The notes under the pieces are model-generated. The model had not been told where the DNA came from. It made no database searches and saw nothing but the letters and a program-made list of their open reading frames with translations. A program made the position numbers and the translations under genes. A stretch of 64,000 nt of DNA from Torpedo marmorata (lineage: Eukaryota), in contig OZ360223.1 of the NCBI GenBank assembly GCA_977017645.1, positions 179,614,001-179,678,000 of the forward strand. The letters are read 5' to 3'. Every line of letters begins with the position of its first letter. Positions within the stretch are counted from its first letter, which is position 1. Below, piece after piece: positions 38,125 to 49,264 of the stretch.

Positions 38125-39410
38125 GTCTATAAGATCACAAGAAATAGGAGTAGGAGTAAGCCATCTAGCTTGTCGAGCCTGCTCGCCATTCAATAAGACC
38201 ATGGCTGATCTGGCCAATAGGCTCAGCTCCACCTACCTGCCTTTTCCCTATAAACCTTAATTCCCTCACTATGCAAAAACCTATCTTACTCTGTCTTAAA
38301 TATATGAATGAAACAGTCTCTACTGCTTTCTTGGGCAAAGTATTCCACAGATTCACTATTCTCTGGGAAAAGCAGTTCCTCCTCATCTGCTTCCTAAATC
38401 TACTCCCCCAAATTTTGAGGTTATGTCCCCTACTTCTATTCTCACCTACCAGTGGAAACAACATTTCTACCTCTATCCTATCTATTGCTTCATAATTTTA
38501 TGTTTCCATAAGATCCCCTCTTGTTCTTCTGAATTCCAGCCAGTATAGTACCAAGTAACACAATCTCTCCTCAGAGCTAACCCCACTTAATTCTGGAATC
38601 AACCTGGCAATCCTCCTCTGCACTACCTCCAAAGCCAGTATATATCTTCTCAAGAAAGGAGACCAGAACTGTACGCATTACTGTAGGTGCGGTCTCACCA
38701 GTTGTAGCAGAACCTCCCTGCTCTTAAATTCAATTCTTTTAGTTGTGAAGGCCAATATTTCATTTGCCTTCGTTATTACCTGTTGCACCTGCAAACCAAC
38801 CTTTTGCAATTCATGCACAAACACTCCTAAGTCCCTCAGCACAACAGCTTGCTGCAATCTTTCACCATTTAAATAATAAGGTGATCTATTTTTCCTTCTA
38901 AAGTGGATGACCTTGCATTTAGCAGCATTGTACTCCATCTGCCAGACCTTTGCTCATTCACTTAACCTATTTATCTCTCTACAGACACTCCATATCCTCT
39001 GAACAATTTGGTTTTCCACTCAATTTGGTATCATCAACAAACTTTGATACACTATACTCAGTCCTCTCTTCCAAATTATTAATGTATATCGTGTTCAGTT
39101 GCGGGCCCAGCACCAACTCCTGTGGCACTCTGCTCACCCCTCATTGCCAACCAGAGAAACAACCATTTATCCCAGCTTTCTGCCTTTGGTTGGGTAACCA
39201 ATCCTCTATCCATGCAAATACTTTATCCCCAACTCCAAAGTAAGTCTTTTATGTGGCACCTTATCAAACGCCTTCTGGAAATCCAAGTACACAGCATCTA
39301 CCTGTTCCCCTCTATCCGCCGTTATATCTTCAAAGAACTCCAAGAAGTGTGCCAAACAGGACCTGCCCTTCTTGAATCCATGCTGCATCTGCCTGATGGA
39401 ACGATTTCTA
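38125..39410 (-). mobile_element. older CR1 3' fragment
   Basis: QHGFKKGRSC, YLDFQKAFDKVPH, RGHNLK peptides. Confidence 0.88.
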
Positions 39411-39764
39411 TTCAGATGTCCATTCGACGCTCACATTGCTGCTCCAGCACAGTTAACATTGGAGCTTAAATTATCACATTGGGAATGCAAACCTGATTTT
39501 AAAACTGCAGCAGCTTATTTCTTAAACAAATATTATTTGGGAATAAAATTGACCTGTAAATGGAACTCATGGCAATTAACATTAAGGTTTAAACTTTTGT
39601 GTATCAAAGGAACTATATGGTCTTGGTGGTTAATGCTTGCTGCCAAGCTCTGTGGATATGGATGGAGTGTCAATAAATGTTCAGTGACGTTGCCAACGTC
39701 AATGAATAATTTCTCCTTCATCCACTATATCCCACCAAATCATATTTTCTTATAATGTAGAATG

Positions 39765-40095
39765 AAGCCCTTCAGCCTATCGAGTCAATGCTGGCTCTCA
39801 GAGCAATCCCATCAATCTTAATCCCCCTCTTATTTCCCTGTCAAATATTCTCTCTCACATGCCCACCATCAAACTGCAAAGCACTTACAGACACTTTTAC
39901 TGGGAGTAATTTTCAGTGGCCAATTATTTTCATAGCCAATATGCCTTTGAAATTTTGGATGAAACCAGGGCACCTTGTGAAAACTGTACAGTCATATGGA
40001 GAATGGGCAAGCTCCATGTATTGTTGACTGTACGAGAAGGCAAAATTGAACCTGGGTCACTGTTGTGAAACAGCTGCCCAACAACACAATAGTGC
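39765..40095 (-). mobile_element. degraded SINE related to the HE1-type copies
   Basis: GAAACCAGGGCACC...GGAGAATGGGCAAGCTCC...TTGAACCTGGGTCACTG resembles 31470-31575. Confidence 0.55.
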
Positions 40096-43000
40096 CATTT
40101 GTATTGCAAGATTCAACAAATGTTCAATGCATCAGTCCCCTATCATTCACCTACCAAATATCTCTATTGCTCAGGGCTCCTATATAAACTGCAAACACTT
40201 ATCATGTTCTTGCACACTTAGTACTTCTACAGTCACTCATCTCACATGCCACCAGCTGTTCACCTGTGACAGGCACAATACAAACAGATTGCTCATCACC
40301 AAATGACACATTTCTACTTAACTTAGAAGATAGGAGACCACGTCAGCTAATCAGAGAGAACAGGAGGGACTACATGAGCGTAAACCAATGAGGTTCATTA
40401 ACCACTGGTAAAGCAGTCGCGGCAGATTTAATGGTTCAGGTGAGACTGAAACTAAGGTGATGATATCCAGATGTCCTCTGCCTTTCTTATTCCATCTCAT
40501 CCCAAAACTTCATAAACGATTCCAAAGTGCAGCATTCTACAGGCCAGTATGAATCTCAGCACCTAATCTCTTCAGGACTGACTTTTCCCAAGGCTCAGAG
40601 AGTGGATTAGTAGTTTCAGGACATCACTGGTCCACTCCATCTCATTTTATTGAACAGTATTGCTTTCCTTGTTTGCATGCTGCTCATATTCCTGTAACCT
40701 TTAACTGGAGTCAGGAACCTTGACCTCAGCAGATACATCTCAAACAATTAGTCACTGCCCTCTGATTTTTCATGGCATAGCAAATTGCTTCAGAATGAAG
40801 TCTTCATAATTGTTGCCAGGATACCAAGCATTGCACCAAATGATGCACTTGCCCTATTGTCACACTTCGGCTAGACACTGTTAATGTGGAATTCTTTTTG
40901 GTTCTACTGTAGAGCAGAGTTAAGTACTCAAAAGGTGATGTGCATGCAGTCAATAAAACACTGCAGCATGGGGAACTCTATAATACCAATGAAGCTGCCT
41001 CCTGCAGCTTCCTGCCAAGAGAATGAAATGAGATCAGGTCTCTTCCAACAGAGAATATGAGTATCATCCTTTATAATGCATTAGATAGAAAACTACAAAA
41101 ATCTAGCACCAGCCTGGAAGAAGCATGATGCATAGACATTCATGCCTAAGTTCACATTGACAGAGGTTGTAGTTGTTGATGCACCTGATGGCAAATTTCA
41201 GTAGTGATTTTATTAAAAGAAAGGATTGGAAGGTTAAATCTAGTAACGCAAATTCCATTCTGTACTGCCCAATTTTTGGGCAGGAAAATACAGATGTTGC
41301 TGTTCTTATGGTATCTTTCTGGTTATCTGTCTGCCATTTGAGGCAGTTTGTAAAAAAAATATATAAACTGCTTTAATGTATGCTGTGAAATCTTAATACT
41401 TATGAATATTGAATTCTATCTCAAATCAAACTGCTGTTACTCATCATTACTTTTCTATTTACACCACCTACTTATATCTAAACTTGCCTTAATTTACATT
41501 TCATTCAGTTCATGTTTCCATGGCATTTTCCCTTAATGATACTTGTTTTTAATTTCACTTTTTCGCCTACTCTTCTGAAAATTCACAATTTGCATAAAGC
41601 CAGATTAAATGTGTTCATATCATTTTAACATACCGGTAAATGCATTGCAGTTAAGATTATCATTTCCTACCAGATGATACAATCTGCACTTTTCTTCAAG
41701 GATCACTGAAGAGATATGGAGATTGGGAACCACAGTTAGATTTCCTTGCTCCTGAGCAGACGATCAGGGGTAATTATTTTCCTGAATAGTGCATGGGGTT
41801 TGGTGCTGGACAGGAAATTAAAGTGATGGAAAATTATTTTATTTCTAATGTTGACTCCAATATGGCAAGTTCAGTTTAAATCTGATGATTATTTAAAAAC
41901 TATGAATGCTGAAAAACTGGAATAAAAATGGAAAATGGTAACGATATTCAATAGGTCAGGCAGCATCTGTGGAAATAGAAACAGAATTAACCTTACAGCA
42001 GAACACAGATTTGGACTTGAAATATTAACCTGTTTTCTATATCCACCACCTGGTGTCTAATTCCAGCATTTTGTGAACTCAATCCTGGCATTTTGGGCTG
42101 GATGCTTAATGGTTTACGGTAACTAATTTAACTATGCTAATCACATTTCTAAGGACATTTCAACTACATTCACATTTAATAGCACCTGTGTGAGTCTCTC
42201 AGCCTTCTAGAATGTTGCTATTGAAAGCAATGTGAGAACATTAAGCTAATTAACAGGCTCAAAAACTCCAGCAAATCCAGCACCAAGCACTCAGCATTCA
42301 CAATTGTTTCTTCACGTACCATTGAGGAAGGAGTTTGTTCAGAATACTTGTTCAAAGGATTTGCTTCTGAATTAATGGAGGTCTTGAAACTAAGATGAGG
42401 ATAGGTGGTGTTTTGGTTGTCGATGGTTGGACATGCACTGTGGAGAACAGTTTTCAGTGAAGCAACATACAAGTATAGGAGAGAGTGGAGTAGCAAGAGA
42501 AGTGAAGGTAATAAAAAGTACTAATCATGTGACAGATTATATAGGCAGAAATTCAGCATCCGGTGCAGAGGCCAATTGGTCAGGTGCACTCAACAGCAAT
42601 CACCCAGAAGAGAGCCTCCTTTGTGCTGGGCCTGCCAACCACCTGCTACCAAGACCTGTCAAAGTGACGAGTGCTCCTGACTTCATGTTTCCAGATTATC
42701 TAGTGCACTGCTGGAGAATATCCCAGACAGGAATGTAGGAATGCATGAAGCAAGCCACTGATGGGAGGTTTGCAAGGATCTTGCGACTTTATCTGTGACG
42801 CAAACCAGAAAAGCAGGTTCATGCCTCTGGCTGTACCCCCACTGGAGCACAGCTTCTCAGCACATGGGTCAATCTACACAGGCTCACTGAGGTGGTATTT
42901 GTAAACAGCAAGAGTCCACTTCAATCAATGTGCTGCTGATGTACAGTCACAAGAAATTAATGCAGGTGTGGGTAGGAATTCAGGGAGCTGCCCTAATGCT

Positions 43001-43587
43001 TTCGTGTTGTACCTTTCCAAGTTGCCTTGCACCAATGGACATAAACACAAGTTGAAGGAGTGGTTTCTTCAATACCCACTTCAACTTCGTTGATGATACA
43101 TATGAACAACCTGACCAGATTAGTCATGGGCTAGCGTTCAGCATGTTCTGGACCTTCAGGTGATTGATCGATTAGTTTGCAATGGCTGAAGTATCCAGAA
43201 TGGACCTGGTATATTGTCCAATAGAGGTAAACATTGCAAGAGGCTCAAGGCACAGAGCACACCTTGCTTGTGGATAATTCAGAGTGAGGAGGAAGATGTC
43301 TGAATCAAAATTAAAAAAAAACACAGATGCTGGAAATCTGAAATAAAAACAGAAAATGTTGGAAACACTGAGGAGGTCTGGCATCATCTGTGAAAAGTGA
43401 AAGAGGCCAAAGATATTGATCCCAATCCTGCAAGAAGAACCCACATTGCTGCCTGCTTTCAAGTATTTATCACTGCTGTGCCTGTGTACCAACCACACTG
43501 AATGATGCCTCTGATTCCTTCAATCCCACTAGCATAAAGCAGTTCAAGTACTGACTAACCCCCCCACTGCACTTCTAAATATACCCA

Positions 43588-43834
43588 TGATATACCTATC
43601 AATGACAGACGCGAGTCTAGAAGTGCAGGAATTAATAGGCTTTTATTACCAGAATCAAAGCCAGGGCTAATACACCTTGACCTGATGATCCCTGCTGGAT
43701 TGTCCCGGAACTGGGGGAGGAGTAGCTGGCTCAATGCCTTTATTCCATGTAAAGGGGGAGGGGTCACCGGGACAGACAGACAGGTCATGGTCATACTTGC
43801 CTCAGGCCACAATACAACAAAGTGGTTTACCACA
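43588..43834 (-). repeat. 3' LTR
   Basis: TGTGGTAAAC...GTATATCA on minus. Confidence 0.97.
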
Positions 43835-43929
43835 TTCACCCCTTCTTTTAGAACAAGTCCGACGGGGGGGTGAAGTGGATACCATAGAGGAGAAAAAAAA
43901 TACAATTATCCATAGGTTATATACAGTCT

Positions 43930-46900
43930 TTACAGGTCGAGTTTCACCGGTGGCCGGATTTGCCGCCGTGACCTGCGTAGCGCCAGCGGTGATGGTAGTG
44001 GTTGTGGAATGAGGGTACGAGTGAGGGTACGTGATACCTGCGGAGACGGTTGTGGTTGTGGAACGGGAGTAGGTATAGTAGGGTAGATCTGGGTCAGGTT
44101 CGCCTCCTGCCTGGCTAGTGGCCTGTCCAACTGTGACGGGGGCGTTGTATCCGCCGTGCTGGGAGGCGGATGGGCCGGAGGGGGCAGCTGCGACCCGGCG
44201 TTTCCGCTGTCGGGGACCTCTTCTGACGCTCCTGCAGGCGCCAGGTCCCGTATTGACACCGTGTCTTCCCGCCCGTCGGGGAAAACCACGAATGCGTACT
44301 GCGGGTTCGCATGGATCAGCTGCACCCTCTCGACCAAGGGCTCGTACTTGCTACTCCGAAGATGTTTGCGGAGTAGCACCGGCCCCGGGGTCGTCTGCCA
44401 GGCAGGGAGTGTAGTCCCGGTGGTCGATTTTCTGGGGAAGGAAAAGATACGTTCGTGAGGGGTAGCGTTAGTGGCAGTACACAGAAGGGATCGTATGGAG
44501 TGGAGGGCATCCGGGAGAACCTCCTGCCAGCGAGCCACTGGCCACCCTTTTGCTTTCAGGGCCAGTAGTGTCGCTGTCCATACTGTGGCGTTCTCCCTCT
44601 CCACCTGTCCGTTCCCCCGTGGGTTGTACCCCGTGGTCCTACTGGTCGCGATGCCTCGGGTCTGCAGGTGCTGTCTCAGCTCCCCGCTCATGAACGCGGA
44701 TCCCCGGTCGCTATGGACGTAGCTGGGGAACCCGAACACGGTGAAAACCTGGTGGAGAGCCTTGATAGCCGCCGCCGCCGAGGTATCTCGGCAGGGGATG
44801 GCAAAGGGGAACCGCGAGTACTCATCGATGATATTGAGGAAGTACACATTGCGGTTCGTGGAGGGAAGGGGGCCCTTGAAGTCTATACTGAGACGTTCGA
44901 ACGGGCGGGTGGCTTTGACCAGCTGTGCTCTGTCTGGGCGGTAGTACTGCGGTTTGCATTCCGCACAGACTCGGCAGCTGCTGGTCATGGTCTTGACCTC
45001 ATCCAGGGAGAAGGGCAGGTTCCGTGCTTTAATGAAGTGGAACAGCCTGGTAACTCCTGGGTGGCAGAGGTCATTATGTAGGGAGTATAACCGGTCGATC
45101 TGCGCGCTGGCGCATGATCCCCGGGATAGAGCGTCAGGGGGCTCGTTGAGCTTCCCGGGCCGGTAAAGGATGTCGTAATTGTAGGTGGAGAGTTCTATTC
45201 TCCACCTCATGATTTTGTCATTTTTAATTTTACCCCGCTGCTGGCTGTTAAACATGAATGCGACGGAGCGCTGGTCCGTCAGCAGGGTAAAATGTTTTCC
45301 GGCGAGATAGTGCCTCCAGTGTCGGAAAGCCTCGACAATGGCCTGGGCCTCTTTCTCTACCGCGGAGTGCCGAATTTCGGGGCCTTGCAGGGTGCGGGAG
45401 AAAAACGCTACCGGTCTTCCCGCCTGGTTGAGGGTAGCAGCCAGTGCGAAGTCCGAGGCGTCACTCTCCACCTGGAAAGGTTCCGACTCGTCCACCGCGT
45501 GCATCGCTGCTCGGGCGATGTCCCCTTTTATGAGGTCGAAGGCCTCACGTACCTCCGCTGCTAGGGGAAACTTGGTGGATTTGACGAGGGGTCGGGCTTT
45601 GTCCGAGTAGTTTGGGACCCACTGTGCATAATACGAGAAAAACCCGAGGCATCGTTTAAGTGCTTTGGGGGTAACGGGGATCGGAAGTTCCAACAGGGGG
45701 CACATGCGGTCGGGGTCGGGTCCAATCACCCCGTTCTCCACGACGCACCCCAGGATAGCAAGTCGGGTAGTCCCGAACACGCATTTCTCCTTGTTATAGG
45801 TGAGGTTCAGCGTCTCGGCCGCCTGTAAGAACTTCCGAAGGTTCCTATCGTGATCCTGGCGATCATGACCACAAATGGTGATGTCGTCCAGGTACGGGAA
45901 GGTGGCAGTGAGCTTGAACTGGTCAATGATCCTGTCCATCTCCCTTTTGAACACGGATACCCCATTTGTTACCCCGAAGGGGACGCGCAGAAAATGAAAT
46001 AATCTGCCGTCCGCCTCGAAAGCGGTGTATACTCGGTCCTCCCGGCGGATTGGGAGCTGATGGTAAGCCGACTTAAGGTCGATGGTGGAGAACACTTTAT
46101 ATTGGGCAATTTGGTTGACCATATCCGCGATCTTTGGCAGCGGATAGGCGTCCAGTTGCGTGAACCGGTTGATGGTCTGGCTATAGTCCACCACCATCCG
46201 GCTCTTAGCCCCGTTCTTCATCACGACTACCTGTGCTCTCCAGGGGCTATTACTGGGTGCAATGATCCCTTCCCCCAGTAAATGCTGCACCTCCGCCTTA
46301 ATAAATGCCCTGTCCCCTGCACTGTAACGCCTACTTTTCGTTGCAATGGGCTTACAGTCAGGGGTCAGGTTGGCGAAGAGTGGCGGGGGTTGGGTCTTTA
46401 GCGTGGAGAGACCACAGGTAGTCTGGGGCGTGTTATTTACGTATTGGGGATTAGTCACAACGATTGGGGGGTGGGGCCCATCATAGTTCATGGTGACGCT
46501 ACGCAGGAGGCTTTGGAAGTCCAATCCCAGCAATACAGGAGCACACAAACGGGGCATGACCAACAATGAAAATTCCCGATATACCGTGCCCTGTACCACT
46601 ATATGCGCCACACAACCCCCCCGGATGTCTGTTGTGTGCGTTCCAGACGCCATGGCCACCCTCTGGCTTACCGGTACAATGGTGAGGCCACAGCGCTGGG
46701 CAGTGTCTGGGTGTATAAAACTTTCGGTACTGCCTGTGTCGAACAGGCAGGCGGTCTTATGCCCCTCAACGAGAATGTCCATCATTGATCTGGACAGTTG
46801 ATGGGGCGCGCTCTGGTCCAGCGTCACGGATGCCAGGGTCGAGACGAAGTCTTGGTCTTGATCCGATGGCAGCTCCCGTAGCTCGTACGTGTCGCTACTA

Positions 46901-47178
46901 GAAGATGGAGCCGGAATTGCTGGAAGTGCTGCGGTGAGGTTATAAAATGGCCGCGCCGGAAGTGTGGGGGTCGGAAGTGGAGACCAAGATGGCCGCCTCC
47001 AGTCCTCGCACGAGGTCTCTGCCGGAAGTGACGTCAGGTAAGATGGCCGCCCCCTCCGTCGCACGTGGCGCTGCTGGCAACCGGAAGTGCTGCGCGCTGT
47101 GATGGCCGCCTCCAGACCTCGTACGAGGTCTCCGCCGGAAGTGAAGTCCGGTAAGATGGCCGCTCCCGTACCTCGCAC
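43930..47178 (-). CDS. Pol (PR-RT-RH-IN); true entry probably from the gag frame near 47052
   Basis: Uninterrupted 1082 aa: LFDTGS, YLDD, DASD, TDQ, H..H..C..C, IDFKGP, HSDRG, QVER. Confidence 0.96.
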   Translation of the reverse strand: MRGTGAAILPDFTSGGDLVRGLEAAITARSTSGCQQRHVRRRGRPSYLTSLPAETSCEDWRRPSWSPLPTPTLPARPFYNLTAALPAIPAPSSSSDTYELRELPSDQDQDFVSTLASVTLDQSAPHQLSRSMMDILVEGHKTACLFDTGSTESFIHPDTAQRCGLTIVPVSQRVAMASGTHTTDIRGGCVAHIVVQGTVYREFSLLVMPRLCAPVLLGLDFQSLLRSVTMNYDGPHPPIVVTNPQYVNNTPQTTCGLSTLKTQPPPLFANLTPDCKPIATKSRRYSAGDRAFIKAEVQHLLGEGIIAPSNSPWRAQVVVMKNGAKSRMVVDYSQTINRFTQLDAYPLPKIADMVNQIAQYKVFSTIDLKSAYHQLPIRREDRVYTAFEADGRLFHFLRVPFGVTNGVSVFKREMDRIIDQFKLTATFPYLDDITICGHDRQDHDRNLRKFLQAAETLNLTYNKEKCVFGTTRLAILGCVVENGVIGPDPDRMCPLLELPIPVTPKALKRCLGFFSYYAQWVPNYSDKARPLVKSTKFPLAAEVREAFDLIKGDIARAAMHAVDESEPFQVESDASDFALAATLNQAGRPVAFFSRTLQGPEIRHSAVEKEAQAIVEAFRHWRHYLAGKHFTLLTDQRSVAFMFNSQQRGKIKNDKIMRWRIELSTYNYDILYRPGKLNEPPDALSRGSCASAQIDRLYSLHNDLCHPGVTRLFHFIKARNLPFSLDEVKTMTSSCRVCAECKPQYYRPDRAQLVKATRPFERLSIDFKGPLPSTNRNVYFLNIIDEYSRFPFAIPCRDTSAAAAIKALHQVFTVFGFPSYVHSDRGSAFMSGELRQHLQTRGIATSRTTGYNPRGNGQVERENATVWTATLLALKAKGWPVARWQEVLPDALHSIRSLLCTATNATPHERIFSFPRKSTTGTTLPAWQTTPGPVLLRKHLRSSKYEPLVERVQLIHANPQYAFVVFPDGREDTVSIRDLAPAGASEEVPDSGNAGSQLPPPAHPPPSTADTTPPSQLDRPLARQEANLTQIYPTIPTPVPQPQPSPQVSRTLTRTLIPQPLPSPLALRRSRRQIRPPVKLDL

Positions 47179-48032
47179 GCGGCGCTGCTCGGACCCGTAC
47201 GCGACTTGGAGCGGCAGGCCTTAGCATAGTGGCCTTTCTTGCCACAGCTAGAACAAGTCGCGTCTCGGGCCGGGCAGCGCTTGCGCAGGTGCTTGTCGAG
47301 CCCGCAGAAGTAACACTTCTCGGGCTCCCGGGTGATAGCGGCAGCGGTTAACTCACAGGTAGCGGCGGGCTCTCGGGCGGCGGCGGCAGCAGCCAACTCA
47401 CGGATAGCGTCGGCGGCGGTGATCGGGTCCCGGTAGACGGCAGCGACCGTCGCGTTGCTTGCAGGGCTGACGGTTGGGGCGATCCAGGAAGCAGGCTGCG
47501 CCTGCATAGCGTCAGCGTTCTTTAGGGCCGAGTCCAGATTAAGGATGTTCTGGACGGTCGATTTCAGGGTCAGGTCGGCGTGTTCCAGCAATCGCTGGCG
47601 GATGTAGCCCGACCTGATCCCCTTTATGATTGTGTCCCTTGCCAGTATTTCGGAGTGTTGCTCGGCCGTCAGGGCTCGACAGGCACACGCCCGCACCAGG
47701 AGCATCACGTCCTGGATGTATTCGGAGACCGACTCTCCGGGTCGCTGGTACCGCTGCGATATCCGGTGCCTTGCGAAAATCTCGTTCGCTGGCGTCAGGT
47801 ACAGCTTTCGGAGGGCTCCCAAGGCATTATCAAAAGTCTCACAGTCCCTGACGGCGCCATACACTCGCTTGCTTACCCTGGACATGAGGATATCGAGTTT
47901 CTGTTCGTCGGTGACTGCTCCGGACGCCCTCATGTAGGCTATGAAGCAGCGTTGCCAAAGTTCAAAATCGCTTGCAGCGTCTTGGGCCAGGGGGTCGATG
48001 TCTAGCTTATCCGGCTTTAACAAATTCTCCAT
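47034..48032 (-). CDS. Gag
   Basis: 332 aa; QRPGESVSEY; knuckles CYFCGLDKHLRKRC and CSSCGKKGHYAKAC. Confidence 0.93.
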   Translation of the reverse strand: MENLLKPDKLDIDPLAQDAASDFELWQRCFIAYMRASGAVTDEQKLDILMSRVSKRVYGAVRDCETFDNALGALRKLYLTPANEIFARHRISQRYQRPGESVSEYIQDVMLLVRACACRALTAEQHSEILARDTIIKGIRSGYIRQRLLEHADLTLKSTVQNILNLDSALKNADAMQAQPASWIAPTVSPASNATVAAVYRDPITAADAIRELAAAAAAREPAATCELTAAAITREPEKCYFCGLDKHLRKRCPARDATCSSCGKKGHYAKACRSKSRTGPSSAACEVRERPSYRTSLPAETSYEVWRRPSQRAALPVASSATCDGGGGHLT

Positions 48033-48073
48033 CGATTGCTCAATTCGGATATTCTTGAAACTGGTAATAAAAT

Positions 48074-48320
48074 TGATATACCTATCAATGACAGACGCGA
48101 GTCTAGAAGTGCAGGAATTAATAGGCTTTTATTACCAGAATCAAAGCCAGGGCTAATACACCTTGACCTGATGATCCCTGCTGGATTGTCCCGGAACTGG
48201 GGGAGGAGTAGCTGGCTCAATGCCTTTATTCCATGTAAAGGGGGAGGGGTCACCGGGACAGACAGACAGGTCATGGTCATACTTGCCTCAGGCCACAATA
48301 CAACAAAGTGGTTTACCACA
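48074..48320 (-). repeat. 5' LTR
   Basis: Same sequence as 43588-43834. Confidence 0.97.
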
Positions 48321-48535
48321 ACCCACCCGTCTCCCCATTAGCATTCGCCAATTCAAATCTTATGATTCGTCAGACACTTAAGTGGTGAGTTTTCAACCAG
48401 GGATCAAAAAAAGGCAACATGTGAAACTAGTGGAAATGAAACATTTTATCCAGTTCAACTAAGTAATAGAGACCCACAGTATTATGTTTTCAGAAATATC
48501 ATGTGCATATGCCTCTGCAGGCACAAAGCTTTATA

Positions 48536-49087
48536 CAGTACAACTCCTATTATCCAAAATGGTCAGGACCGGGCCTATTTCGGATAAACGATATTTTCGG
48601 ATAACTGGTCATTTTTTAAAAACAGCCCAGTAGCAACAGCAAATCACTTGTAACAGTGTTTAAACAACAACAAACAACAAGGGAAGGCTTTTTAAGCATG
48701 AAATAATGTTTAATTCTCACCAAAAAAACAACCTGAACAAAATAAAATAAATCCAACACCAAAAACTCGGAATTCTACTTTGAGGTTTTTCCAAAATTCC
48801 AAAATTTTTTCAACCTGTGACGTCAGTTCGGCTCCGAAAAAATTTCGGATAACTGAGGATTTCTGATTCTTTCGGATATCCTCATTTATCCAAAATATTT
48901 CAGAGGCAAAATTACGTCATTTCGGCTTCAAAATTTTTCGTATAAATGAGGATTTCTGATTTTTCTGAAATCCTCAATTATCCGAAAAAAATTTCGGAGC
49001 CAAACAGACGTCACTTCCGAGTCCAACATTTTTTCAGATAACTGAGGATTTCGGATAATCCGATTTCGGATAATCGGAGTTGTATTG
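48536..49087. mobile_element. Tigger/pogo-type MITE
   Basis: TIRs CAGTACAACTCCTATTATCCAAAAT / ATTTCGGATAATCGGAGTTGTATTG; TA TSD; internal TTCGGATAA repeats. Confidence 0.9.
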
Positions 49088-49264
49088 TATTTCCTTTTTT
49101 TTTTTCTTGGTCTTCACTGTGGAGGATACTGCAAATATCTCTAAAGAAAAATGAGAGGCTCCTTTCAAATAACAAGGAAGAATTTGTAAATTTCCCAGTC
49201 AAAGGGATAAAGCAATAGAGAAAATCAGACCTAAAGTGGACGATCGTTGAGACGACATAGTCTG

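Larger units (their letters stand above)
43588..48320 (-). mobile_element. young full-length Ty3/Gypsy LTR retrotransposon (Mag-like, two CCHC knuckles)
   Basis: 247-bp LTRs that appear identical; 5-bp TSD ACCCA at 43583-87 and 48321-25; long gag and pol ORFs; PPT at 43835-43849. Confidence 0.97.

Noticed and set aside
40300-43300. Possible decayed elements and short ORFs, including a weak inverted repeat near 41900-42075
   Set aside because: Too degraded to classify by eye
44118-48005. Many plus-strand ORFs
   Set aside because: Antisense shadows of GC-rich gag-pol with no recognisable motifs
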